Assembly: GCA_013239625.1 (NCBI GenBank)
Contig: MU056000.1
Span: 13,405,175-13,469,174 of the forward strand
Direction of reading: 5' to 3'
DNA length: 64,000 nucleotides
Origin: Lama guanicoe
Taxonomy: Eukaryota
Shown: positions 24,984 to 38,750 of the stretch, piece after piece
How the letters are laid out: each line of letters starts with the position of its first letter
Numbering within the stretch: the stretch's first letter is position 1
Made by a program: the position numbers and the translations under genes
The notes under the pieces: model-generated
Seen by the model: only the letters and a program-made list of their open reading frames with translations
The model's database searches: none
What the model was told of the DNA's origin: nothing

Positions 24984-27900
24984 CTACAGAGGACTACTTA
25001 ATCATTTTTGAAATGAACTTTCCAGAAGGGAGAAGGAAGAAGAAAAGGAAAAGGAAGATGTAAAACTTTGTATTTGAAATGCCATCTAGAAGAGTTACTT
25101 CCTCTACATTCTCTACCCTCCCCCACAAAAATACTTTAGGAATCTCTTAATTACTAAGTTACCTTTGTGTGCACAGTAGCTCTAGGCTTAAGATGACTTG
25201 AATTGCAATCTCCTGATTTTAGAATTTTTTTCATGAACTTTAAGACTCGGATGATGATGATTCAATATCCCATAGGAGAAGACCTGGTGATTATGAGGAG
25301 CCCACAACATTCAAAGCATTTTATTATAAATTGATATTTGGCACAAATAATGTTAATCAAATGTGTTTCACTTTTATCTCCTGCACATTTACGAATAGAC
25401 AGGCCTATAAAAGAAAGTTTTAGGGCCAGCAAAATACACATTGATGACTTTTAGACAAAGAGTGATGGCCTAATAAAACACATCACAGGAAAAAATGCAA
25501 AAGCAAAGACAGCTTTCTCTTGAAGCACAATAATTTGGCTTAAGCTACTTACTGTTCTTGAAGCAATTTATAATTGAGTCACCTGAAAATCAAAAACATC
25601 AGTTATAGAACCATTTTCTAAGTGACACTTTCTATAGTATTTGACTAAAGGATAGTTTAATTCTTTCACTTACCAATAGCTCATCTTTTGCTATAGTACT
25701 TGCTAAAGTTCTAATTTGGAATGTGGCTTTTGTTTATTCGTGGGAAGAGATTAAGGAAAAATAAGAGACCAGGCTTCAAATCCTTAGCTAGTCCCTGTGT
25801 TATGTTCTTGTGGCTATGACAGAGGGAAGGATTCAGATAGGAGCCACAGATCTGCTAATAATCAAAACTCATTTTCACCACTGATTTAGAGGATCTGGCT
25901 AAATGAGAAAACAAAAACATATAATTAGCATTTAAGAGCTAGGCAACTTGCTAGCTGTTTACAAAGATGATGCTGCCTCTATGTAAAAAAAGTCCCATAT
26001 TTAACTGATAACTTTGCAGATGTCTTACTTTAATATTTCAGCAATTGTATTAAGCAAAAACAAATTCCTTTTTAAAACCAAAATGATTTGTTTTAAAATT
26101 TAAATTATTTATAAATGAAGGAAAAAAAAGACCCATGATTCAGCATATATTTTTCACTTGAAAAATTCCTTTCAATGAAAATATAATATTTCATGTATGT
26201 TTTAGGCTTTTTTACATAAATATTAACTGCATTAATTTATAACTATAATTAGATGTAATTGTATAATGGTTATACAATTTCAGGCCTGTTAGAGAAACCG
26301 CTATCATTTAATGAAACTGTTATTTAATGATTATAATTTAAAAATATAATTTATAGCTGTAATGATCTAATTTATCATTTCAATCAATTTAACATTAGTG
26401 GCAAATTATTTCAAATTATGTAATACATTGAAGATAATATCCTTTCTTTGAAAGAGATGCCCTTACTCCTTCAATTTGTTCATGTTAAAAGTAAATGGTG
26501 AAACTTGGTCTTTTTTCTTTCCTTTTTTTATTTTTTAACTGAGACAAACAGACAATTATAAGTTGGTGAAAACTCAAAAATGTGAGCCACATTTACATGC
26601 AGGAGATGTTTTGTGAAAGTCTATGTCTCTTAAAAGGGGAAATGATTCTAAAGCAAACAAACCACCTCATTATTTTGATTTAAAATATTCCATTTAAAGT
26701 CAGTGCATTAGCAGAGAAAAAGAATTGCCAAGGACATCAATTAAACATTAGAGAGTATTATAGTTGAAAATAAAATAAGTTACGTGTTGCAGTAAACATA
26801 TATTGCTACCAGCAACATAACTCTATAGCACTTTTAAAAAAGAGTTAATTTATAAGCATGCTCCAATCATACTGGAAATTAATGGATTGAAAAGGTGATC
26901 TTTTTTCCATTCAAGTGAATTCACCACGAAATAATAGCCAATATCAAACCTGTTAATAAGCTTGGTACTAACATCACAAAGGAAAAGAAAATGAACGATC
27001 CTCAGGCTAGCATGCATCACACTATTTGAACGTTGATATTTACAGTGAAAAGCACAATACTGAAGTACAGTTAACTAAAAGTTTTCTACCATGCCTTGCA
27101 TATTTTGAGTCAAGCTGTGGTTCTATATTTTTGCATGAGGCTCTCTGCCTTATATTTGTCTTTTTGTATTATTTTTATTTATATGTAGTATTGAAAGCAT
27201 CATTTTATTTCATTTAATGTTAAAAGAGATGATCACCTGACAAAAGAGATTATCAGTGGCTTTACATAATCAAGTTGCAGTAAATTATCATGACACTAAA
27301 GTTGTATGCATAAAAGTGTGACATTGAGGAAGAGACTCATTGTAGCAGAGGCACTGGTGGAATTGCATTTTGAAACTATTTTTTTTTTGGCACACATAGA
27401 ATATATGCTGTCTTTACACTTCATATTTTGCTAATACGTTTCTAGCTATGTGCTGAATTGCATTTTTATGTTTTTGAGAAGACGTGCATTGAAAATCCTA
27501 GTATAACATACTGAATACTCACATATTCCAAAAGGCTCAAAAGTAATATTAACACAATTTCGAGATTCAATGCATGCTATTCAGCTAAGTTAAAAAAACT
27601 AATTGGCTTAAAACTGATTATTCATTACAATGGATTTAAGGCATTTTGAAATATCACACTAATTTTACAACCTATTCTATTGTCTAGAAACTCACAAATC
27701 ATTGTACGATGGAATGTATATTTTTCCAAATCATTTTCAGCAAGTGGGACATTTGTAATATGTTTATGTTGAAATCCAGGATAGTAACATGTGTTCTGGG
27801 TAATTCTAAAAATGGGTATATGCAAACATAGAAAAAGTCCTTTGTACTATAAATGGTCATGATTCTGACACTAATTTGATGGAACGGAATTCACTTTACA

Positions 27901-29619
27901 TAGTCATGATGCCACATAATCTCCAGCTTTTCAAAATCTGGAGAAGATAGAGAAATCTTACTTATAATATATAGAATGGCTCAGAACATGGTATCTCTAA
28001 CTTCACGAGTCATTAATTTAAGTGAAACACAGAAATAAAATCATGAAATATGATGTAGAAATGCAGCATTAAGTAAACCAAAAACAGTGTCCATAACTCT
28101 TCTAAGATGTCTTAGATGTTTAATTTTACTAATTCTTATTAAAATTTTCTTGAATGGGTTTGTATATGCTATGTTCCTAAATAAGTTGATAATGTAGACT
28201 ATTTATTACTTCCTTTAAGAGAAGAGATACACTGAATGCAGTTTTAAGATACTTTTGTAAGCCATTTTAAAGTTCAAAGACAAAGGTATCAATATTGAGG
28301 CCTTCTGATCTGAGTTGGGTGAAATCTTTATCTATTTTTTTGCTCTTATATTTAGTTTACAGATAATGCCATACAACTTAAGCCTTTGCAAGAAAACAGT
28401 GATCCATCTTAACTGTAAATGCTAAACATTTCATTCCATTTCTAAGGTCATATTATATTAGATAATATTTGGCTTTTACCATCTTCTTCAAAAATGGACT
28501 CTTCAAAAACATACAGTATGGTTAGTGCTAAATAAATGGGATTCCCAACGATAGGAGTCTTTATTATGATTACGAAGACTACTGCTTTTTAAAAGAGAAA
28601 CTATCTCCTAACTTCAACAGTTCCATTTTTATGGCTCTTGAATCATTTGGTCAATTTCTTAAAAAGTTTTTTTTTCAATTTCTATCCCAATGATGATGTA
28701 TTAAACGTTCCTAAATCATACCATTGTAATAAGTGAAACATTTCTCACCAAGGATGATATTTTAAGCTTTTTTATTATTAGTAGTAGTAGTATTTCTTAT
28801 ATTTACTTTCTTCTTCCTCTGTTATTTATATGTTTGTGTCTTCTGCCCACATTTTTTATTACAGTACATGTCTTTTCTTATTGACTTGAAAGAGTTTATG
28901 TATTAGTCTTTTTTAATACTATATTGAGAACTGGTTTTATTTTACCTTCTGGGTATAATTCAAAGATTTATATTTGTTTTAATAAAGCCAATGTGGTTTA
29001 AGTTATTACAAAAAATAAAAAGCCTTTAAACCAAATCTGAGTATTTTCTTTTGTTGGCCAAGTGAGTGGTAAATACTATTTTGGTAAATTATTGATATAA
29101 AGCTGTTGCTTAATATGTGATTTTTGGATAGTAGATATTAAGGCATTCAGTATATCCATAAATTATGACAAAATATGAGTACATTCATTTCATTAGTTAA
29201 GCCTTTTTATTATGATTCTTATCCTGGGTGTCAGTATGCAAAATTATTGTATAAAATTTAGGGAATATAGTGTAATTTTACTTATAGAGAAGTGAATGCT
29301 TTTAAAAGTCAGATTATGGGAAGAACTCACATGCAGAGATTTTCTGTTAAGGACTTACTTAATGTCTATCTGCTCTACTTTCATGTGCTGGGAGGTACCC
29401 GTGAAAAATTATATAGTAACTGGAATGATCATATTTCCTGGAGAGTCCTGAAGACCTCTGGTGTCTCTGGTATAGATCAATTAATCTTATAAGTTATTTT
29501 CATATCCCCTTTCACTCACAAAAGTATCTTATTAAGATAATAACGCTGAGACTGTAATAAAATGATATGACATTATAATGAGTTTAATTAGAACCACCAT
29601 AAATATAGTGTGAGGAGTC

Positions 29620-30080
29620 ACTTCATCAGATTTATTCTTTAGAAAAACCTCTCTGATTATACAGTGGATAATGGGTTAGACCATAGCTTGACTGAGGACT
29701 CAAAACAATCCTCAAAAAGCAAGTAAAATTATCTTAAAAAAGAATATGATGGATTAAGCAAGATATCAACAGTGGAGAAAGAGAAAGATACTTCAAAGGT
29801 ATTTAAGAATAGATAATTAACTTAGTATTTTTTTTTTCTTGATTTGAGGGTGAATGAGAGAGAATAGTCCAAGATCAAACCAGCTTCTATCAGGAATTAG
29901 GGCCAAAAGAAGAGCAAGAGTTATGTCAGACATAGATAAATTGTGTACAGACTTACGTGCCTTTGAGATGTGAAAGTAGAAAGAGCAGAAGAAAAATTCT
30001 GGAATGGTTGTGATCTCAGAGGCAATGGTTTTATTGAAGTATAAAAGTCAGATTTCCATGGTTTTAGAAGAAGTGAATAT
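29620..30080 (+). mobile_element. L2 LINE remnant
   Basis: Purine-rich with L2-like motifs (AGTGGAGAAAGAGAAAG...GAGAGAGAATAGTCCAAGAT...TTTGAGATG). Confidence 0.5.
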
Positions 30081-31568
30081 CAGATCAGAACACCATACAA
30101 TGGGTACACAAAATTCTCACTCAATTGTCTAACAAACTGTAATACCCATTAATTTTGATATCCCCAATGTAAGAATAAGAATGGTGGACAGATTCATATT
30201 AATATTTTGATGATTTTTGCTGTGTTTACATGACTGACAAAGAAGACACTGACAGAATTGCAAGGAACATTCTTTTGATTCAGAGGATCACAAAGCAGAA
30301 CAGAAACAGCTCTTTCTTTCTTACTATTTTCTAACAGAACTAGAATAAGCAACTATGGGGCCCCAAAAGACCGCACATCCTGCCTGCCCATTACAAGCTG
30401 GAAGTTGTCTTGCCCACTGAGTAACAGAGCTGAATCTGTTCACTTCCTCTTCCAGTACTTCCTCTTCAGTTGAAGTGATGTATGAGCTTAGACTCCTGAA
30501 TCTTCAGAATCACGTCCTGACTCACACATTTCAAATTACGTGAGCAAGGGATACTTACTACTGCTCTTTGTCTTCTCTTCTTCATCCTATACCTTTGACC
30601 TCTTTGGAATTTTCATGATCTGAAGAAGAAAAACAGCATGACTAGTTTGGAAATGATTTCTCCTATCATCTGACCCACCCGTACATGGAAGGTTGATAGC
30701 ACTATAGTCCCACTCAAGGATGTCTCTGATGAAAAATGGGAAAGGAATATCCTAACAATGGGCAAAACTGTGAGCAGTGTGTCTGGCTGTTTTATTTCCC
30801 TGTGAAGGAAAGATGGTAGAGATATTACATGTCTACACGTATTTGTTGTCAGGGATTTGGAAGAGATAAGATTGGAAACCTCTAATATGAAGATCAAGGA
30901 GGGAGATATACAGATGATCTTTTTGAATGGGCGGAATATGAAGATATCTGTATAAATGTGAACATTTATAAAAGACCAGTGCTTCAGGGGAAGCTTTTAA
31001 TGAGGACAAATAAGATAACCTCTTATGGATGTCAAGTAGATTTTTTTTTTTCACCCTGCAAATATTAGGCTTTGTTCAGTGGACTCATATTATGTGACCC
31101 TGAGAAGTATTAGGGAACAGTCAGGGGTTCAACATTTTGGATATCCTCCTCACCCAAAATGGATTTGGCTGTGGCCGTTGCTGAATGTCCAAACTGCTAA
31201 CTACAAATATAAATACTAACAGCCCATTTCCTTGGGGAATCAACAAATCAATTGGGGTTGATTACACTGGAATTCCTCCAAAAGGAGAAGAAAGGAACGC
31301 ATTCTTGTGTTGGATTTGGTTGGCTGCTCTGCTCCTACACTTTCGCCCAAACTTCTCTTTGTCGATTTCTGTAATGCTTTGTTCCACACAGCTTTGCTGT
31401 TGCCCATCTTAGGAATTCATCTTAGGAAAAGTAGAATGTGCACAGAATTCATTTTTCTTGCCATGCCGCCCCTAACCCCTAAGTATCAGGTCTGATAGAA
31501 TCCGTGGATCCAGTACAAGAAGTTTCCTCTAGAAGACTAAGTCATGGCACCAGCTTGAGACAGTGTCT

Positions 31569-32013
31569 TGTAGGGCCAATGAATGAGATTCTAAATACAC
31601 AAATGAAAGAAAGCCAGACCAGAGATTGGCATACAACTCTGACCTACAGTCTCTGCAGTAACAGCCCAGGAGACCAGACCACCATCTTGGAAAACAGCTG
31701 CCAACGTTCGTATTTTTTGTCCTCACTTATGAATGAGGATGAACCAGACAAAGTTAACTGTGGTCCCCAAACAAATCACTTAAGATACCATACTTCTAAT
31801 TAGCCTACCTCCAGCCTCACCCACCAACAACCTTCATGTAGAGAGTACCTGAAACCCTCCCTTTTTCAACATAAAGCTTTCCACTCTCTTGACTGATTTT
31901 GGATCTCGGCAAAACACAAGTGAAGCTGGCTGACACTGTTGCTAAAAAAAGTTGTGAGTACATAACTTCTGCTTATTTATATTTGGTTAGTCTTTGTTTT
32001 CCTGGAGGCTACA
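31569..32013 (+). mobile_element. Old ERV1 solo LTR (MER90/MER110-like)
   Basis: TGTAG...CTACA termini; CTCTGACCTACAGTCTCTGCAGTAACAGCCCAGG; ATAAAGCTTTCCACTC; CAAAACACAAGTGAAGCTGGCTGAC. No clear TSD. Confidence 0.65.
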
Positions 32014-32389
32014 TTGAGACAAAGAGTGCACTGCCTGCTGCCATGGACCCCAGCTTGTGACCAGCCACTTTATACATGCAGATATCTTGTGTATTACTGA
32101 TAATGACTTGGTAAGTCTGCAGGTAATACAAATAAAGAAGAGGAAACATATTTAAGACATACTACTGAGATGTTACCTAATGCAAATTAATTACATATAG
32201 CAATACTGATTTGTGTCAACAGATATTTATCAAGTAGGGAATAGAAAAATAAGAACAAGTTTTACAGGGAATTAAAAGAAAAGCTTAATGCTTAAAATGC
32301 TTACAGATGTTGGCCAGTGGGCCAGAGCTTAAATAAAAGTGGTAAAAATCTGAAAAGAGATTTAGGATCCCCACTGTAACAGTTTGTAG

Positions 32390-32780
32390 TTGACGACATG
32401 GAAGTAGATAATATCATTCAGATAATATAACCCAGAAAACCGTGCGGGTATAAAAACGGCAGAGGTCTGAGAGATAACCTGAAAATCCACCTATAAAACA
32501 TGGATGGTAGAAACGATTGCATTCAATAAATGGAGAAAGAACATTCACAGAAAAAAAGCTAAGTAAGAATGCTGTCTTCAAAGTCAGCAACACAGACAAC
32601 TTGGAGAAAAAGAGAAGGTTGAACTCTATTAAATGCCACAGAAAGTGAGATAAGAAGGAGCAGGGGAGATCCCAGATGACATTAGTGACTCATATTGTTT
32701 GGCATGATGGGAGGTGATGCCAAAATCTAATCAATTGGCCACAAGTAAAAGGAACCAGGAGATGGAACTTACTCCATCAA
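32390..32780 (+). mobile_element. L2 LINE remnant
   Basis: TTGGAGAAAAAGAGAAGG...ATTAAATGCCACAGAAAGTGAGATAAGAAGGAG resembles the L2 3' body. Confidence 0.45.
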
Positions 32781-33199
32781 GAGTCAGGACAAAACTGTAA
32801 ACAGACTGCACACCTCCAAAAAGAATTTAATTAATTTAACTTATAACTTGCCAATAAAATGGTGTATTATACAGTTTCAAAAACTCATGTGGGACAAGAA
32901 TATATCTTAATGTGTGGTTATGTTAAAATATATTAGTAAGAAAAGCCCAAATGAATATAGTTAGATTTATTTCTAATTTTAGAAGACAAAAATATCTTTG
33001 TGGATCTGTTTACCAAAAATGTTATTTAACAATACTGTCTTTCATGAGAAAGAAATGCTTTTTTATATTCATGAAAGGAATGTTGCTTATTTTCAAAACT
33101 ATGTATGATGGACATTTATTAATTTTTAGAACAGTAATAAAACCAACAAAGCATGGGTATGAAATGACGAGAAAGAGAGTTATAGCCTTCCTGTTATTT

Positions 33200-34820
33200 T
33201 TAACAGGGAAACATATTGCTACTGAAATAAAATTTATGTGTAAGTTTTCATTTTGATATGTTATGACAGCTGTGCAAACCACCCAAAACAGGATATAGAA
33301 TATGTCCATCATCCGAGACATTTTCGTCTACTGCTGTCTAGTGCAGTCCTCACTTCATCCAGAGGTAACCACTTTCTCATCCTTAACACCACAGATACAT
33401 TTTGTCTGTTTTCTGACTTCATATAAATGGAATCATACATTATTTTATTTGCCTTCTCTAGCTCAACATATTGTCTTTAAGATTCACTTACGTTGTTATG
33501 TGTATATGTGATTCATTTTTTATTGATGAACAATATTCTGATGTATGAAAATACCAAAATTTGACTATTTCACCAAATTTGAATAGTTGTATCTATTTGG
33601 CTGATTTCTACTGTTTGGCTATTGTGATAAAGGCTGCTATAAATATTCTTATGTAATTATTTTAGATAAAACATTTTTCACAGTTTATAAACAGTTTTCC
33701 ACTCCTATCAGCAATGTATGAGAGTTTCAGTTGTGATCTATTTTTGTCAACAGTATTGCCAGTTGTTTTGTTTTTGAGCATTGTAATGTTTTTAGTTTTC
33801 ATTTCACTAACAATGTAATAATGTTGGTGCATTTTCATGTACTTATTGATCATTTCTGAATCTTCTTTTGTATGGTATTTTTAAGCTTATTATCCACATG
33901 TAATAGCTTGTTTGTATATTGATAATGGATTTAAAAATTATTTTATATATACAATGCATTGCTCAGCAATATGAATTACAGATTTTTTTCACTACCTGTA
34001 ATTTGCCTTTCCTTTTCTAAATGCTGCCTTTTCATAAGTAGGCATCTTTCATTTTGATAAAATCCAATCATCATTTTAAAATGATTAAACTTTCCTGTAT
34101 TAAAAAATGTATTATTTTACCCCAAGTTGTGAAGATAGTTTTCCCTGCAGAGGTTTTGTGGTTCCTGTTTTACTTCTTAAGCCTATAATCCATCTTGAAT
34201 TAATATTTTTATTAAGTTAGGTAGATGTCAAGATTATTTATTTATTTTTTCTTTTGACAATACAGCTGTTCCAGAATCATTTGTTAAAAAAAGATTTTTC
34301 ATTCCCCCATTGACTTGTCTTGGTGTCATGATTCACAATTAACCACAGATGTGCCAGTCTATTTCTGGACTCTCAGTTTTCTTCCATTTATCTTTCCTGT
34401 ATCAATATTACAGCTTCTAAATTAATATATCTTCTTTGTAAATCTCCATGTCAGGTAATGTAAGACCTCCAAATATGTGCGTTTTAAAAAATAGGATTAT
34501 TTTAGGTCCTTTGCTTTTCCATCAAGTTTTAGATTAAAATAGTCAGTTTCTTGATGGGAGGGAAGGGGAGAACTTCTGACATTTTGATTGGGAATGCACT
34601 AAATCCATAAATAAATCTAACAAGTTTTGAAATCTTAATGATACTGAATTTTTTAAGGTATGAACGCTTATCCTCTTATTAGTTTGGGTTCCCTTTAAGT
34701 GATGGCTAAATGCTGCTTTGTAGTTCTTGGTAGTCTTGAAAGTTTTCCACACAGAGGTCTTCCACATTTTACAGTCAATTTGTTGCTTGGTATTGGTTGT
34801 TTTTGATGATATTTAAAAAT
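33200..34820 (-). mobile_element. Ancient L1 (L1ME-like) 3' region, antisense
   Basis: CCAGAGGTAACCACT; CTTCATATAAATGGAATCATACA; TTTGGCTATTGTGATAAAGGCTGCTATAAATATTC; TCTATTTCTGGACTCTC; GATTGGGAATGCACTAAATCCATA. Confidence 0.85.
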
Positions 34821-35735
34821 GATGTTGTGTGTATATGCATAAATTATATGTATAATTCATATACATAAATGTCTGTAATCAACAAAATTTTTGATATAAC
34901 ATGTATGTGTGCTTATTATATGTACAGTATAATGCATATGTATAAACATATATATATATATATACACACACACACATTACTTTATGATCTACACATGTAT
35001 TTGCTGAAAGACACACCTACAGCTACAATGAGCAACATACAAAATAGTGTCCGAAGAGAACGGGTACCTAGAAAACAGTAAAAGAGCTGCCTAGAAGGAG
35101 CCAGCAAAAGAGGCGCTCAGTGTAGAGCTGATGCTTGCCTGTCTGCTTCAGATGGAAACCAAGCAGCCTCAGCTTTAGCTGGGTGTTCATTTCTAAGTTC
35201 CTGACGTATGTTAGCTGTTTCACCGAATTTTTTACATTAACCTACAACATGGGTTTTGGCCTGTAACCATGTGTGATAAACACGATCTGACATGCAGAAC
35301 TTAATCCTGAGAGGATTTGATTTATGGCAACTGTCTTTTCTCCTTGATGAGCATCCATTTCACCCAAACCAGGATGACTTAGCAGACCTGAGAGTCAGTG
35401 AAATTTCAACCTGCTGCTCTCTCTCTTGCTCACAATTTCCCCCCTCCTTTTATTATTGAAATATGGAATAAAACTAATACTATGTGAATACTTGTGGGAA
35501 GTTATAAAGAAAGCATCTCCCTAATCCAACTTTTTTTTTTCACATACATCATTCACAATTACCTCTGTAATACAGATTGTATATTTTATTTCATGTTGTC
35601 TTTTATTTTCCTTTCTTGGTGACAATATGGTCGATGTATATACACAACTGTAACTTATATTCATTGTTTATTTTTAAGATTCAGATCAGTACCTGACATT
35701 TAAAACAACCAAAATGTTGCAATAGTAATAGACAC

Positions 35736-35767
<32 letters not shown>

Positions 35768-35790
35768 TACACACACAATACACACACATA
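35736..35790. repeat. (TA)n(CA)n microsatellite
   Basis: Read directly. Confidence 0.9.
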
Positions 35791-37181
35791 CTACATTCAA
35801 TTAATTTTGATCAATAAGAATATTTTATACCAGACTAAAGGGAAGTAAGTTCACAAAGAATATCTGTGTCTATTTAATTTCACGATAAGAATCTTAAATT
35901 TCTATAAAGAGAGGGGTGTTTAGAGTGTTAGAAAGAATATAGCATAATAAAAATATATTGTTCAAATGAGATATATTTTGAGAATTTGGTCTAATGAATC
36001 AATTGGGAAGCAACTAGAGGTCAGGAAGTATTTTAAAATTTAAATGTGAGATTGTGAAGGCGTTATTTTTTTGACATGGTTACTTTATACATATCTTCAG
36101 AGAAACGAATGTTATTTCATTAGCAAAACAAATTATACTGCAAATAGGTATGGAAAATATTTCTTCGGCAGTGAAATATATACAATAGCAGGTGTTCCGA
36201 AAATATGTCATTATATTTGGCACAAGTGTCAAATAACTAAAAATATTTTGTAAAAGGTTAGAATACACCGACCGAAAAAATGGAAATTTAGAAGATTAAT
36301 GAAATATGTCTAATGAAAGACTAGCAATGATTTCCAGAAGTCAGAGAAATTGTAAATGTGTAAATAATTGTAATATTATGATAATTAAGTTCCTCAGACT
36401 CAAAGCACATGGATTTTCAGAATAAAAGGCATATTTACAAGACAAACTTAAGGTCTTCCTCTCCCTGTGAGTCCCCGGCAGTGAGAAGGTTTTTCAGGAC
36501 TACTGCTGACCCAGTCCAATCCCTGAGCAAAGTGAGTATTTCCTTACCTCATCTTTCTCATACGTCTTTTATAACTTTTGTCTTTCAACATTCTCTGCAA
36601 AAGAATAAGCCAGTAACACCTGGGCAACAACCAGATTAAATCTGGTGCAAAACACATTAATCACAACCATATTCCTACATTAACACTTTGATATTCCTCT
36701 TAGCTCAATTTTTCTTTTTCTGTTATTATCAATAATTATTTAACATATTTATATATATCAATGAAGGCATTCAATTGAGTATCGAAAAATTTTAAGACTA
36801 AATACACTTTTCTTTCTGGTCATTTTGGTTTCAGCTAGTATCAAACCACATAAGGAGTTTCAAATCAGCCTTATTAAATATTTTATTATGTGTTTTACTA
36901 TTATATCTATAAACCTACAGACCGTTTGCTATCCCTAATGTGATGACATTAGAAGGATTTACAGTTATAAGAGAAATCAGTTATAATTATTTTCCTTGTA
37001 TAATTATTTTCTGAAATCTTCTAGATTTCAACAAAGCCTCTAATAACAGCCACCGAAAATTGTTTGCCCACCTTCCTCTCCCTTGATATTCTGTTTATTC
37101 ACTTAGCTAATTTCCCAAGATGTAAATCCATTTTCTTTAATCACATTGGTAATGTGTTCTCTTTTAACTTGCTTCCAGATT

Positions 37182-37768
37182 TGTGAGTTCGTCACCAGTG
37201 GTGGGTTCTGGCCAGGAGAAGTCCCACCGAGAAGGAATGAATTACTCAAGACCAGGGAAAAGTCAAGAGATCGAGAGGGAGTCGGGAGCCAACTCCACGT
37301 TTCAAATCTCTCATATTTACTGAGTACAGTCAAAGGAGGAATGCCGAAATTTAGAGAAGGACAGGGTGGGATCACAATGAGAACAAAGGCTTTGTTTATT
37401 GTTGGTGTTTGGCTCAAGGTCAGAAGACCCTTTTTGGTGAATCATAATCGTGTTGAGCCTTTCAGCTTATCATGGTGGAAAGTATGAGGATCAGCTGCTT
37501 GACAAGATTATCCTGGACTCAGGCGACTGTGCCTGTCTCAGTTTGCCCCCCTTCTCACCTCTGGGTCTGCAGCTTTCTGTAAGTTGTTTACCATTCCAGC
37601 CCAAGGCTGTTTTGGGGATAGAAGACTAACTGCAGGCACTCCCAGCCTTTATAGTTGGGGGCCTGGGTCATTGCTAAAACCTCAAGGCAGTTACTAAGCA
37701 CAGCTTCTTTAAGGAGATAAGTGTCTGGGACCTGCTACAATTTGTTAACCCAGTCATGGGCTCCCACA
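37182..37768 (-). mobile_element. Class II (ERVK/betaretrovirus-like) solo LTR, 587 bp
   Basis: Minus strand starts TGTGGGAG and ends CTCACA; perfect 6-bp TSD CAGATT (37176-37181 and 37769-37774); several CpGs retained. Confidence 0.88.
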
Positions 37769-38569
37769 CAGATTTTCACCTCTTCATACAGAAGCTGCAT
37801 AGAGACCTATGAAGATATCAAATTATTGCCCCTCCCACTGCCTTCCTTTTTTTTCCTACTGAATCCTGTCTTGAACACTATAATTCATACTTCATTATAA
37901 TTCACTATAATTCATAGTTCAAAAAACAATTCTGCTGCCAACTGTTAGTACAACAGTTTGAATTGCTAAGATAGATTACATGAATCACAAATGTTTCCCA
38001 ACTCCAAACTTACTGATTTAAAAGATGGTTCAAAATTCAAAGCACAGACAAAATATTGTTTTCCTTGAGAAGTGTGAAATCTATGAGAACTACCAAACTT
38101 GTGTCTTTTTTTTTTTTTTTCCTTTTCTGCACTAGGACAAATTTTGGCTCATTCTCTACGCAGTCATATCCTGTAAATCCATAAAACGCTATGTTTGCTT
38201 ACAATCTGAAGATACTGGCTTTATCCTGGTAAAGTAATCTTTATGAATGGAGACTCCTCTTTTCACTGTTAAATGCCATTAGCATGTGTATAGGCAGATC
38301 TGGTCCAGATCATTAACATACCACTTGAAGGTCTTTTCTCCTGACTTCCCTAGCAGGGAAGGAACAGCTTCCGAACCAATGTTTTATATTTTACTCCCAC
38401 AGACCATATTTTTTTCTTAGTGCAATGGAATTTGGACAATATTTTTAAATACTCAGAACATTGACGTAAAGTTAGTATATTTCTTGGTCTGTCCTCATTC
38501 ATCAAAGGCCAAATATGGACTTTGGCGTTGAGAGAGGAAACATCTACTCACTGAGAGATGAGCTCAGTA

Positions 38570-38750
38570 GCCATATGCTCTGAACTGGGATCCTGACTCT
38601 GACACTGACTACTTATATAATTTTGGACAGCTTCTTAATTTTTCTTACTTTAGTTCCCTTATTTGTCAGTTGGGGATATTAATACCACCTAATTCATAAG
38701 GTCAATGCGAATGTTAAATAAATCAATGCAAATAAAGCCCTTAGGATGTA
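38570..38750 (+). mobile_element. MIR SINE
   Basis: ATCCTGACTCTGACACTGACTA...TTGGACAG...CTTTAGTTCCCTTATTTGTCAGTTGGGGATATTAATACCACCT...ATGCAAATAAAGCCCTTAG. Confidence 0.8.

Noticed and set aside
31140..31490. Possible second processed pseudogene
   Set aside because: The translations I checked matched no protein I recognise; no poly(A) or TSD.
36498..36531. 34-nt micro-exon (TTTTTCAG|...AAA|GTGAGT)
   Set aside because: Short pyrimidine tract, not a multiple of three, no partner exons or homology.
37876..37921. Repeated CACTATAATTCATA units
   Set aside because: Simple local slippage duplication; no spacers or array structure.
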